Part shown: positions 17,483-28,342 of the stretch, one piece after another
Position numbering within the stretch: position 1 is the stretch's first letter
How the letters are laid out: the number at the start of each line of letters is the position of its first letter
Source: Acholeplasmatales bacterium
Lineage (GTDB): Bacteria > Bacillota_I > Bacilli_A > Acholeplasmatales > Anaeroplasmataceae
Assembly: GCA_017449215.1 (NCBI GenBank)
Contig: JAFSJY010000070.1
Location: 887-64,886, forward strand
Length of the DNA stretch: 64,000 bases
Direction of reading: 5' to 3'
The notes under the pieces: model-generated
Told to the model about the DNA's origin: nothing
The model's database searches: none
The model's input: only the letters and a program-made list of their open reading frames with translations
Translations under genes and position numbers: made by a program

Positions 17483-20400
17483 TTATATTTCACCAAATAC
17501 TGCATAAAGCGTAATTACACCATTAGAATCACTTAAATAATCTTCTACTGGATTTGACAAATTCCATTCGATTAGATTACCAAATTCATCCTTATAAGCC
17601 CAATATTTAAATTCGTATCCATCTATTTCACATACTATTTCTTTAGTAGGTGTTGGAACTATATCTCCGTTATATACAGAAACACTTGCTAATCTTGTTT
17701 CAGTATATGCTTCTCCATTATCATTTGTAGCACGTAAATTAAATTTAACTGTATATAGTTTTCTAAATACCGCTGTTATTTTATAATAGTCATCTTCTCT
17801 CGATTCAATGATATTATATGCTCCACCTAATTTTACATCATTTCCAACAAAGCCACCTGTAAAGCCTTCAAATACTATTCCATTCTTTTCATATTGTTTT
17901 AATTCGCTAACAAATTTATTTAATAAAACACTATAATAACCTCTATAAACATAATATGAATAATAAGATTCTGTATGTATCAATTGATCTTCAGCTTCCA
18001 TGTAAAATATTTTAGAAATACCACCTACTGGGAATCCATCAATATCTATATTAGTAGTTATTGTTATAGTAACAGGAACATTCCATCTTACATATAAATC
18101 TAATGAATTAGTATTAAATTTAGATACGAAATTAGTTATAGTTTGTCCAGGAACTAAAATTCCTGCATATCTCGCTGTTGCATATTCCTTATCAACTAAT
18201 CCAACCATCTTATCAGATGTTTCAAAATAATTAGAATCTAACACATAAATATTATCTTTCACTAAATTAAATTCTAATGTATAAGTTAGTCCACCACCAT
18301 ATTCCTCTTTAAATGGATGATCATTATCCGTATGGAATGTTATAGATACAATACTATCCTTAGGTGTAACTTTTACAAACTGACTAACAATATATCTAGT
18401 ATCATTTCTTGCAGTTATACCATATCCTTCTCTATCATATATTTGATCACCAAATTCATCATTATATGTATAATATTCTAAATCGATTCTATATACACCA
18501 GGTAGCTTAAAGCGTATCTTATCTTTACCATCTTCACTATATAATTCTACCGCTTTAGTACTTGTGACTTTACCATCCTTAATAGCATAAACTTTATAAC
18601 CATAAGTGGTTGTAATATTATTACCATTTGGAAGTTCTGGTAAAGATTCTTTAAATGTGTATATTGTGTCAGTAAAGATAGTATCTAAATCTAATGGCTT
18701 ATATTCTCTCTTACCACCAAAGTAAGTTTCATATAATGAACTAATCATTATCTTATCACCTAATTCAGTTTTGTAATAAACCCTAATATAACCATATTCC
18801 TCTGTTAATATATAATTTTTAACACTTGTTATGAAATCATCGCTATCTATATAATCCTCTAAATAAAAATACAATTCTTTTTCTTTACCTAAAAAGTTTA
18901 CTTGATATAATTCAAAGCTATATGTTCCTGTTTTTTCTTCAAGTGTATAATTAAAATCTAATAATTCTTCATAATTATCTTTATACACCGAAGAATAATC
19001 ATAACTACCACTTGTATAATTTAAACGTACAGGTGAACCATTCTCTGCTTTTAATAAACCTTTTTGTATTTCTATTCCATCTCTATATAGTACATAGCTA
19101 TCGCTAACACCTAAATTATATTTAGCTTCAACAAAATAGAATTCTCGATAACGATTCACCAATCCAAAAACATAAACAATATTATAATCAGGCATATAGA
19201 ATGCGCCCTCTTTAGTATAATTAACAGATACTGATGCATAACCCTCATCTGTAACCTGATATACCTTCATATAAATATGATTAAATGTTATATAATCTGG
19301 ATCATACAAACCAGCAACATATTTAAGGCCATAAATATCTCCACCACAATAATTAAATGTAGTACCACCTTGCATCCAAGTGTATTCTATATTTGGAAGT
19401 GCTATTTCTTCTCCACTATTAAATGTATTATTAGCCTCATCATATAACACTCCATTATTTGTTACAAAATTATAATTTGGGGCACTATAAAGTGCAAGCT
19501 CATAAACACATGTTGATATATCACCATTAGCTTCAATATATTTATATACTATTGCAGATGATCTACTAAATGCAAAACTTGAATTAACAGTTTGTTCACT
19601 TGAATAATCAATTTTATAATTATTCATATCATATACTTTATATGACATCTTATTAATATCTTTATTAATACCAAATGTATTATTCCAAATATTAATTACA
19701 TCAACATTTTCACCAACTTTATAGCTTTTACCTGTTGTAATAAGAGTTCTTTCTCTTAATCCTCCACCAGTTAAATTAGTTGTATAGCTATCAGCATATA
19801 AATCTTTTGTGCCATCATATCCATAGATTCTAGCATTCATATTAAAATGAACTATATTATATCTATTAGAAGCTATATCAACATCATTATTAATTGGTGT
19901 TATTTCTATTCTATGACTATATATTGTACATTTATCAGTATTTGCTTGAATATTATCAGCTGAATAAAAGAAATTAACATTTATGTTAGTCATTCCATTA
20001 TTCTTTTCATAATCATATATCGCTGAAGTATTTGAAAAATCAGCCATTGTTCCTGGATAGAATGATAATTCATCATTATATTCATATGAATCACCACTTA
20101 ATGGTTTATATGATACAGTAGATTCATCTATAGCTAATATATGATCAAAATCTAATGACATAATTAAATTAACATAATTATATGAACCTAAAGTCATTAA
20201 TTCCATCATACCTGTTACACAGCATTCAAGCATATAATTTTTTAGTAATTCATCACCTAAATCAAATATATGATAATATTTCTTTTCTTCACTGTTAAAT
20301 TCAACTGCCATATTATAATATCTTTTGGCACCATATTCTCCAGGATACCAATCTGATTCAACCGAACCTTCTGGTAAATCATCACCAAGTCCATAAATAT

Positions 20401-21445
20401 ATCTTATTGGCGCGAATGTCATTGTTCTATCATAATAATAATCATCTTTATCACCATTACCAATAAAGATTTTGGGTTTAAAATTAGTTATTAATGAATA
20501 ATTACCATTTTCTAATTTTAAATAAGCATATGCTGAAAAATAAGAGCTCATTGATGTTTCGTCATTCTTCCCTGAATGAAATATTGTTCTTATTGAATAG
20601 ATACCATCATCAAGACCTTTTTTGAAATTTACATATGATTTAGAAAATCCTAAAAACTCGGTAACATTAAATTCTAATGTGTATTTTGTTCTAGTTTTTT
20701 CTAAATCAGATACTGGTATATCTTCATTTGAAGCATTATACCAATTGATATCAAAATATAGTGGTGTATCTAGGGCATTATCCTTCCAGTCTATATAGAT
20801 AGTTCTATTAGTTTCAGTTCCTACAGCAATTGTTTTTTCACCATCTAATTTAAATTTAGATCCATTAGATGAAGATAATGTGACAGTGAATACTTCAGGG
20901 GATGCAAAATATTTATTATCATAAGTTAATCTTAAAAATAAACCATCCTCACTTTTTTCAAAATATGTTTCATTTAAATCAATAAAATCATAAAAGTTAG
21001 CATATCCACCATAAGTATCAGTAAGTTTTCCTTTTTCTACAGTATCTTCTAATATTTTAGTTTCGTAATTAACTAAATATATTCCATTTTTAGTAAATTT
21101 TTCTTGTTCCCACTTCGCATATAAAGTCACATTTTTCATTTTTAAATATAAGCTTTCACTTGTATAAGGATATACATAATTAGAGTCAAAATACCATCCT
21201 TGGAAAATGTAACCTGTTCTTGTAGGAGTTGGAAGTGTTGGAATATTTTTAGCAGTATAAGAAATAGAAGGTATTGGATCTTTTAAAGTAGTATTACTAA
21301 ACTCAATTTTATATTCTTTATTACCATATTGTTCTGCTATTATATCCTTTGGATCTTTTAAGCTATCATTTGCACATGACACTAAAGAAAACGATATAAA
21401 TATTATCGATAATATTATTAATAAATTTAATAATCCTTTCTTCAT
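17483..21445 (-). CDS. Large lipoprotein with InlB B-repeat-like units and a NEAT-like domain
   Basis: Lipobox LVSC; PTPTRTGYIFQGWY..LYAKW; GIYSI..ETSMSSYF..LKLENGNY..VTGMMELM..LDFD. Confidence 0.7.
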   Translation of the reverse strand: MKKGLLNLLIILSIIFISFSLVSCANDSLKDPKDIIAEQYGNKEYKIEFSNTTLKDPIPSISYTAKNIPTLPTPTRTGYIFQGWYFDSNYVYPYTSESLYLKMKNVTLYAKWEQEKFTKNGIYLVNYETKILEDTVEKGKLTDTYGGYANFYDFIDLNETYFEKSEDGLFLRLTYDNKYFASPEVFTVTLSSSNGSKFKLDGEKTIAVGTETNRTIYIDWKDNALDTPLYFDINWYNASNEDIPVSDLEKTRTKYTLEFNVTEFLGFSKSYVNFKKGLDDGIYSIRTIFHSGKNDETSMSSYFSAYAYLKLENGNYSLITNFKPKIFIGNGDKDDYYYDRTMTFAPIRYIYGLGDDLPEGSVESDWYPGEYGAKRYYNMAVEFNSEEKKYYHIFDLGDELLKNYMLECCVTGMMELMTLGSYNYVNLIMSLDFDHILAIDESTVSYKPLSGDSYEYNDELSFYPGTMADFSNTSAIYDYEKNNGMTNINVNFFYSADNIQANTDKCTIYSHRIEITPINNDVDIASNRYNIVHFNMNARIYGYDGTKDLYADSYTTNLTGGGLRERTLITTGKSYKVGENVDVINIWNNTFGINKDINKMSYKVYDMNNYKIDYSSEQTVNSSFAFSRSSAIVYKYIEANGDISTCVYELALYSAPNYNFVTNNGVLYDEANNTFNSGEEIALPNIEYTWMQGGTTFNYCGGDIYGLKYVAGLYDPDYITFNHIYMKVYQVTDEGYASVSVNYTKEGAFYMPDYNIVYVFGLVNRYREFYFVEAKYNLGVSDSYVLYRDGIEIQKGLLKAENGSPVRLNYTSGSYDYSSVYKDNYEELLDFNYTLEEKTGTYSFELYQVNFLGKEKELYFYLEDYIDSDDFITSVKNYILTEEYGYIRVYYKTELGDKIMISSLYETYFGGKREYKPLDLDTIFTDTIYTFKESLPELPNGNNITTTYGYKVYAIKDGKVTSTKAVELYSEDGKDKIRFKLPGVYRIDLEYYTYNDEFGDQIYDREGYGITARNDTRYIVSQFVKVTPKDSIVSITFHTDNDHPFKEEYGGGLTYTLEFNLVKDNIYVLDSNYFETSDKMVGLVDKEYATARYAGILVPGQTITNFVSKFNTNSLDLYVRWNVPVTITITTNIDIDGFPVGGISKIFYMEAEDQLIHTESYYSYYVYRGYYSVLLNKFVSELKQYEKNGIVFEGFTGGFVGNDVKLGGAYNIIESREDDYYKITAVFRKLYTVKFNLRATNDNGEAYTETRLASVSVYNGDIVPTPTKEIVCEIDGYEFKYWAYKDEFGNLIEWNLSNPVEDYLSDSNGVITLYAVFGEI

Positions 21446-21485
21446 AAAATGTACCTCCTATTCCTATACTATAAATTAATTATTT

Positions 21486-24400
21486 TTAAATATATGCACA
21501 TCTATCAGCAAAATTATATGCATGTTGCATAGCATCAACTAGCTTAGCATAATTTTCTGTATCAGCTGATGTAATACCACACCACCAGCCTTCTTCAAAG
21601 ATTTCTGAATCCATAGTTTTTACTTGTTCTTCTGTTGTCCAATAATCTTCTAGATTATAAGTTTCTGATGTATATTGACCCCTGTGGAAGCAGAAATTAC
21701 TTTGATAATATACTTCTGTAGAGCCATCTGTATTTGTCTTTGTTCTTTCGTTTAATGTGAAGAAATATTCATTATCACAATCAGTAAATCCATTTGTATG
21801 AATCTTCTTAACAAGACCAAATGTAAGTGGCTTTTTAGGATAACTACTTGTAGTTCTATCGACATTTAAATAATACATAGAGCCAGTCATAATCTCATAT
21901 CTTGTTACATTTTTTACTGCATAAATGATACCTTTAACATTAGGATACATTGGATCACTTTCATCTAAATCTGCATATTGAGCCGCAGTTGCTGCATATT
22001 TACTTCTATATGAGTTACCAACGGCATAGCTAAACCAAATATTAGCCTTAGGAGCCATTGCATATACTTGTACATCAAATACATTTACATCTACTGCAGT
22101 TGATGCATCATGTGTTGCATCAGTATATTGCTTCTCAACTGATTTACCCATATATTTAACTAATAATTTACCTGATTCAATTGAATAGAATCTACCAACT
22201 ACTGCATTTTCAAAGTTTGATAAAGATGTGTTATTACCATCTTCTTCAAGCGTAGTAATATTTTCTAATGTTCTAATCTTAAATGCGTATGGTCCAACAT
22301 ATTCAAGATTATCAGTTCTTAATACAATATGAGCAATATTTGTATTTTCAAATGCACTTTCACCAATATATGTTAAATTACCATATTCAAATTTAACATT
22401 CTTTAGATTAATACAATTCTTGAATGCATTAGCACCAATCTTTTCTAAGTTTTTACTTAAGAATACATGAGCTATAGCTTGCTTATTCATAAATGCACCT
22501 TCAGAAATTTCAGTAACCTTTTTACCATCAATTTCTTCTGGGATATAAACAAGAACATAACCATCACCAATTTCTGCTGCACCATCTTCATCAAAGCCTG
22601 TAATTACATAGTGATCATCTACAAGCTTTGCAGTATAACCACATGGTTTAAATTCATAATTAATAGTTAGATACTTATTACTATCAATAGCACCTGCTTC
22701 AAATTCTTTACCACTATCAAGAATACTTGTAATTTGAGTATTATTTCCAAATCCTAATTCACTCTTTAAAACGGCTTCTGTTAAATTTGTACCACTTGTT
22801 AATGTTAATGTTCTTGTTGAAGTTTGTGATAACTGAGTTTGATTTAACTTAACATAAATCTTTGCATCATTACCTGATTCAATCTTTCCAACAAGTTGAA
22901 CCTTACCAAAGTTAGAATCTAATGTATAATCACCACCAAATACCTTGTTATAAATACCTGAAGGCATTTCAGTCTTATCAATAATTACTGCTTCAAAGAT
23001 AGCATCCATAGTATACTTAACACCATTAACATACATGTTTCCGTATTTAGTGCCATTAAAATTATCATAAATAGTTGTACCTTGAAGTGCGATTAAATCT
23101 GGGTTTTCGTCTGATTCAGGAGTATGAAGTACACAATTTGTAAATGCTGTTACTCCTTCTTTTCTAAACCAATATGATAAATAATCACATTGTTCTGCAT
23201 TAGGATTAATGAATTCCCATGTAGATGGTAATTTAATATATTTAATCTTTGGATTATCAAAGAATGCACCAACCTGAATACCAACTACTCCTTCTGGTAC
23301 AATTATCCAGCCATTTTCATCAACATTAGTATCTGCAATTAATACTAATCCCTTATCACTATTCATAAAAATTCTATTTTCTGAATCTTTATAGAATTTA
23401 GAATTTTCACCAAATGTAAAATTAGTTGGAACCTGAGATAAATTCTTAATTGAATCTGGTAATTTAATTTCATAATCATAACCAAACTTTGGTTGATTAA
23501 ATCCAATTACTGTCATCTTTGTCGAATCAGTTACATAATCTTGGTTATAATTTCTTCCAGCCCAGAATGAATTAATTATTACTTCTACTTTGCTTGGAAT
23601 TTCAAATTTAACATTTTTAAAATTATTAAAAGAACTATAAATCATTTTTAAATTTTTTGGCATTTCAATTTTTGTAATATTATTCAAACTACCACCATTA
23701 AATTGGCCAATGAATTCAACATCGTCACCAAATAAAATTGTGTTAGCAGATGTTGCTTTATCAAGATTTTCACCATCAATAAATCCATCAACCTTCATTA
23801 CTTTAGTTTCACCATCAATTGTTACACGAGCTCTATCTGCAAATCTAACAACTGGCCATGATGAGATTATATCCTTAATACTATTATATGTACCTTCAGT
23901 TCCTCCAATTGTTGTAACTGCTCGTGCAATTCTTTTTGGTGACCAACCATCATGTGTTAGATTACCGCTTTCTTGGTTGATTCTATAATCAAGACCTGGA
24001 CTATTCCAATCAACAAAAATTGTTTGACTTTTTGTAATAGGCTTAGAAAAATCAAAATCATTTCCTTCTTCATCAACAAAGAATGAATTATTAGGATCCA
24101 TATAATCCTTCATAATTAAATCTAATGCTGTTGTTTCAGTACCATCATCAAGCTCAACAGTTGTTGATGCTGGTTCTCCTAAAATGCTATTAGGTTTAAC
24201 TTTAACCTCATAACATGTTTCATATCCGTTATAGTATGTGATTTTTGCAACACTTCTAGCATATAATGTATTTGCATCATCAGTGTTTTCATATTTTACT
24301 GTACATTCTTCATTTGTATACCAACCATCAAAATCAAGACCCTCACCAGGATTATAAGAACCATTAATTACTTCTGCTATATTCTTCTTTCCTTGACTTT

Positions 24401-24794
24401 CTCCATTAATATAAACATCTACTTGTTTAGCAGAAAATCTAGCATATAATGTTTTGCTTGATTTAATGTTTTCATTTTTAAATGCTTGACCTGTAAAATC
24501 CTTTGTCTCATACCAATCAACAAAAGTGCTATATTCCTTTGTTGGTGGTGTAGGCATTGTGATTTTGCCATCAACTACTTCTTGTGAAGCACCATATTGC
24601 TTCCATTCACCATTTTCTTCTACCAAGAATAAAACATTTAATTGCGCATTATCATTTTTGTTATCAGTTACAGTAGTTTGATTATCAGTACTATCTGTAT
24701 TAGTTGCTGAATCATCGTTACACGCTGTAAGACTAGCTACACATAATGTTACTGCTGCGGCTAAAAGAAAACCTTTAAAGATACTCTTTTTCAT
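21486..24794 (-). CDS. Large lipoprotein with InlB B-repeat-like units and BspA-type leucine-rich repeats
   Basis: Lipobox LTAC; PTKEYSTFVDWY..LYARF; LEKIGANAFKNCINLKNV, IGESAFEN. Confidence 0.8.
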   Translation of the reverse strand: MKKSIFKGFLLAAAVTLCVASLTACNDDSATNTDSTDNQTTVTDNKNDNAQLNVLFLVEENGEWKQYGASQEVVDGKITMPTPPTKEYSTFVDWYETKDFTGQAFKNENIKSSKTLYARFSAKQVDVYINGESQGKKNIAEVINGSYNPGEGLDFDGWYTNEECTVKYENTDDANTLYARSVAKITYYNGYETCYEVKVKPNSILGEPASTTVELDDGTETTALDLIMKDYMDPNNSFFVDEEGNDFDFSKPITKSQTIFVDWNSPGLDYRINQESGNLTHDGWSPKRIARAVTTIGGTEGTYNSIKDIISSWPVVRFADRARVTIDGETKVMKVDGFIDGENLDKATSANTILFGDDVEFIGQFNGGSLNNITKIEMPKNLKMIYSSFNNFKNVKFEIPSKVEVIINSFWAGRNYNQDYVTDSTKMTVIGFNQPKFGYDYEIKLPDSIKNLSQVPTNFTFGENSKFYKDSENRIFMNSDKGLVLIADTNVDENGWIIVPEGVVGIQVGAFFDNPKIKYIKLPSTWEFINPNAEQCDYLSYWFRKEGVTAFTNCVLHTPESDENPDLIALQGTTIYDNFNGTKYGNMYVNGVKYTMDAIFEAVIIDKTEMPSGIYNKVFGGDYTLDSNFGKVQLVGKIESGNDAKIYVKLNQTQLSQTSTRTLTLTSGTNLTEAVLKSELGFGNNTQITSILDSGKEFEAGAIDSNKYLTINYEFKPCGYTAKLVDDHYVITGFDEDGAAEIGDGYVLVYIPEEIDGKKVTEISEGAFMNKQAIAHVFLSKNLEKIGANAFKNCINLKNVKFEYGNLTYIGESAFENTNIAHIVLRTDNLEYVGPYAFKIRTLENITTLEEDGNNTSLSNFENAVVGRFYSIESGKLLVKYMGKSVEKQYTDATHDASTAVDVNVFDVQVYAMAPKANIWFSYAVGNSYRSKYAATAAQYADLDESDPMYPNVKGIIYAVKNVTRYEIMTGSMYYLNVDRTTSSYPKKPLTFGLVKKIHTNGFTDCDNEYFFTLNERTKTNTDGSTEVYYQSNFCFHRGQYTSETYNLEDYWTTEEQVKTMDSEIFEEGWWCGITSADTENYAKLVDAMQHAYNFADRCAYI

Positions 24795-24851
24795 TTAATT
24801 CTCCTCCTAAACTTTATATTTATTAGCACCATTTTGGTGGTAATAACATAA

Positions 24852-27299
24852 TTAAATATCATATCCTGCAATAATTTCTGCAGGTGTCTTATATAAGACG
24901 AATAAATAAGGTATTAAAGATATACCTATCATCAATAATGAACTTGCTGTAAACATTCCTAAATTCAATAATACAAATCCTCCAAATTGGTGATTCATAA
25001 CTACATACCTAGAAATAATTAATATCGATACAATAAGTCCAAATACAAAATAAGATATTATGTTATTTGCAAATGATATAACTGTTTCTTTATAAATAAG
25101 ATTGCTTCTATTAACACCAATTGCTCTATAGATTCCATATTCCTTACTATTCTTAATACTTCCTGATTTTTCAATAAAGAAATAAATTAAATATAAAAGT
25201 ATTAAGCTTAATCCAAAAATCATTAACACTCCATATGAATTTGAAACTGTATCACTATTTTGATAATCATATATTTCCTCAATATTTTCAGTTGGAATTC
25301 CACCAGTTACTGAATTTATTATTTTATTCATATCTTCACTATTTTTAGTATCAATCTTGAAATATGAATCAGTTGCAGTTAAAGGACAAATATTAACAAA
25401 AATATCATCTAGCACATCTTCAGTAACAAGTATTTTAATATCTGTAGACATACTAGTTCTTACGATAGAAAAATCTCTAACATATAATGGTTTACTATTT
25501 TTAATTGATATAGCAGTTGTTAATTTTACTAATTTATTATTTGCATAATCTATATTCTTATCTGCCTCAGATACATCAGACATCATCTTATAAAGTGAGT
25601 TTCTATTAATTTCTATTCTTACCTGATTATTATTTATGTTTACATTTTTAGGTGCTACGTCAATCTCAGCTGAGAAATAATTATAAATGTAGTCATCACT
25701 TAAGAATAATGAGTTTTTATCATTAAATGAAATCTTAGAATAAATACCTAAAAAGTTTATATAATCCTTCTTGTTCATATAAATAGCAGGCTCATCATCT
25801 TCTATAATTCCACTAATTTTATAATCACTATTAAATGTCATTAGTAATAAAGATTTATCATTTTGAACATCTTGTTCCCTTAAATCATCCTTCAATCTTT
25901 CAGCTAATTCTCTAGAAACTAATACTTCTTTTTCTTTTGGCATATTACCAAAGATATTTTCATAAGTTTTATTCTTATCAATTGATTTAGGTGTATATTT
26001 TTCTTGTATTCCTGATAGAGATGCTACATTGTTGAAAGAAAATATACCTTCTCTCATATCAAGCTCAAAATAATCGATATTGTCATACGAATATCCGTCA
26101 TCCTTTAAGCTTCTTATCATTTCATATGTACCGTTATTTACTTTTACATATGCACTATTTTCATTAATTTGCTTGTGTTCTATTTGACTGCTTGCTATCT
26201 CAAAAATAAAGAATGAAAAGAAACAAATAACACAAGCCATTACACATATAAATATTTGCTTAAAAATATTGGCACTTGAATAAAATTTTTCTTGCGAAGA
26301 ATTACTTTTAAATACATTTTTTAGATTAAACAATCTACCATTCTTATTAGAATCAGATTTCTTTAATCCTTCTAAGTCACCTTTAAAATCTTTCTTTTTT
26401 TCATTTTTTTCTTCAAATACTATTTTCTTTTCGCTTTTAGAATCAATAATCGAAATATTATCACTTGATTCTAAATACATATTTCCTTCATTTGTGATTA
26501 TTTTTATAGTTCCATTTATTGGTTTGCCATAATATTCAATTGAAAAATCACCTTTAGTTTCGACTTCTTTATTTGATTCATCAATGATAATTCGATTATC
26601 ATCATAGCTATAATCAATGCTATCTTTTATTTCTTCTTTTTCTACTAATTCACCATCAACAAGCTTTATATGGTTATCAGCATATTTTTCAATTAAGGAT
26701 AATTCGTGTGTAACTATTACAACTAATTGCGTTTTAGATATTTCCTTTAAAATATCCATAACCTTTGTTGTATTTTCAGCATCCAAATTACCTGTAGGCT
26801 CATCAGCTAATATTACATCAGATCCCTTAATCAAGGCACGAGCTATCGCAACTCTTTGTTTTTGACCACCTGATAAGGCATCACCTTGCTTGTTTTTAAA
26901 TCTATCCATTTCAACAAGCTTTAATACAGCTTCAGTTCTTCTTTTTATTTCTTCTTCATCCTTAAATCCTGCAATAGTCATTTGATTATGCATTATTTCA
27001 GAGATTGTATAACCCTTTTCAAGATAATAATTTTGGAATATAAAACCTATTTTAGCATTACGAATTTTATCTACCTTACCAGATGTACATTCATCATCAA
27101 TATAGATTTTTCCGCTATCTTGCTTATCTAGACCACCAATAATATTTAATAATGTTGTTTTACCAGAGCCTGATTTACCAAATATAGCAATCAGTCCTTT
27201 TTCAGGTAATTCAAAAGAAACATTTTTAAGTACTTGATTCTTATTTCTAGAATGAGGATTAAATACTTTACTAACATTTTCTACTCTAATTTTAGACAT
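24852..27299 (-). CDS. MacB-like ABC transporter (ATPase fused to FtsX-type permease)
   Basis: GKSGSGKT, LSGGQKQRVAIARAL, LADEPTG; C-terminal TM block with KEYGIYRAIG. Confidence 0.9.
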   Translation of the reverse strand: MSKIRVENVSKVFNPHSRNKNQVLKNVSFELPEKGLIAIFGKSGSGKTTLLNIIGGLDKQDSGKIYIDDECTSGKVDKIRNAKIGFIFQNYYLEKGYTISEIMHNQMTIAGFKDEEEIKRRTEAVLKLVEMDRFKNKQGDALSGGQKQRVAIARALIKGSDVILADEPTGNLDAENTTKVMDILKEISKTQLVVIVTHELSLIEKYADNHIKLVDGELVEKEEIKDSIDYSYDDNRIIIDESNKEVETKGDFSIEYYGKPINGTIKIITNEGNMYLESSDNISIIDSKSEKKIVFEEKNEKKKDFKGDLEGLKKSDSNKNGRLFNLKNVFKSNSSQEKFYSSANIFKQIFICVMACVICFFSFFIFEIASSQIEHKQINENSAYVKVNNGTYEMIRSLKDDGYSYDNIDYFELDMREGIFSFNNVASLSGIQEKYTPKSIDKNKTYENIFGNMPKEKEVLVSRELAERLKDDLREQDVQNDKSLLLMTFNSDYKISGIIEDDEPAIYMNKKDYINFLGIYSKISFNDKNSLFLSDDYIYNYFSAEIDVAPKNVNINNNQVRIEINRNSLYKMMSDVSEADKNIDYANNKLVKLTTAISIKNSKPLYVRDFSIVRTSMSTDIKILVTEDVLDDIFVNICPLTATDSYFKIDTKNSEDMNKIINSVTGGIPTENIEEIYDYQNSDTVSNSYGVLMIFGLSLILLYLIYFFIEKSGSIKNSKEYGIYRAIGVNRSNLIYKETVISFANNIISYFVFGLIVSILIISRYVVMNHQFGGFVLLNLGMFTASSLLMIGISLIPYLFVLYKTPAEIIAGYDI

Positions 27300-27300
27300 A

Positions 27301-28332
27301 TTATTTAGACCCCCTTCTTAAAGAGGTACGGATTGATTTTCCAATAATACTCTTATTAAATCTATAAGCTACAAATTCTACGATTATTAAAATCATTATT
27401 TCAATAAATATATAATTACCTAATGATATAAAGCTCATTATACTTCCAGGCCATATTGTTGTTACTAAAGATATGATTGGAAGTAATATAACAGTAGGCA
27501 AGAATATAAATAGCATTTGAATATATAAAGACATCGATGATATTTTTTGTGATATACCTAATGTTTTATATACTGCAAAATCCGAAATAAATACTTTAAC
27601 AGTTCTACTAAATATCACGCTTATTAACGCAGCGAATAATAAACTAATACATATCAATAATGAATAATAAACGATATTCATACTAAAGATATCGCCCGAA
27701 TTATCTAAATAGATAGTACCTGTTGATAACATACCTATATAATCATCAGAAAGCATATTTAATGCGTCCTTAGCTATATCAGTATTTGAAAAATACAAGC
27801 ATGCTTGTGATGAACTATTACTCATATCATTAAAATATAAATCATAATCGTCACTAGATAATTGAACAGTCAAATCGCCATTTCCACTTTCAGAACCCGC
27901 GATTTTAAATGTCTTATCATTTTTTATCGAGAATACTGCATTATATTTTTCAATATCATACAGATTTGAATTCTTTAAAAATATAGTCCCGTTTTCAAGC
28001 TCGTTATTCTTTTCGAATGTATAAATAGTCCAATCAACTTCGCCTAATGACATCATTGATTCATTGTACCACTTTGTTACATCTTCTAATGTTGGCTTTT
28101 CTTTTAAATTAGATATAAATGAGGCAAACATAGCACATGAAACTATATTCATTTTAAATCTATCATTCTTTTCAAATTCAGGTAATTTTTTAATTATATT
28201 TTTATATTTTATTTTAGCTTTTTTAGTTATTATTTTAGCTTCTTTTTTATCTATATTGAAAATATTTAAATTCTTTCTAAATGATTTTTTAAATAATAAC
28301 CACATTCCAAATGGCATTCCATTATATTTCAT
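27301..28332 (-). CDS. Chimeric ORF: ATC-hydrolase-family N-terminus fused to an FtsX-type permease C-terminus
   Basis: Residues 1-94 (MKYNGMPFGMW..LPEFEKNDRFKMNIV..ESMM) resemble L-2-amino-thiazoline-4-carboxylate hydrolase family N-termini; remainder has DFAVYKTLG and 4 TM segments. Confidence 0.65.
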   Translation of the reverse strand: MKYNGMPFGMWLLFKKSFRKNLNIFNIDKKEAKIITKKAKIKYKNIIKKLPEFEKNDRFKMNIVSCAMFASFISNLKEKPTLEDVTKWYNESMMSLGEVDWTIYTFEKNNELENGTIFLKNSNLYDIEKYNAVFSIKNDKTFKIAGSESGNGDLTVQLSSDDYDLYFNDMSNSSSQACLYFSNTDIAKDALNMLSDDYIGMLSTGTIYLDNSGDIFSMNIVYYSLLICISLLFAALISVIFSRTVKVFISDFAVYKTLGISQKISSMSLYIQMLFIFLPTVILLPIISLVTTIWPGSIMSFISLGNYIFIEIMILIIVEFVAYRFNKSIIGKSIRTSLRRGSK

Positions 28333-28342
28333 ATGATACCTC

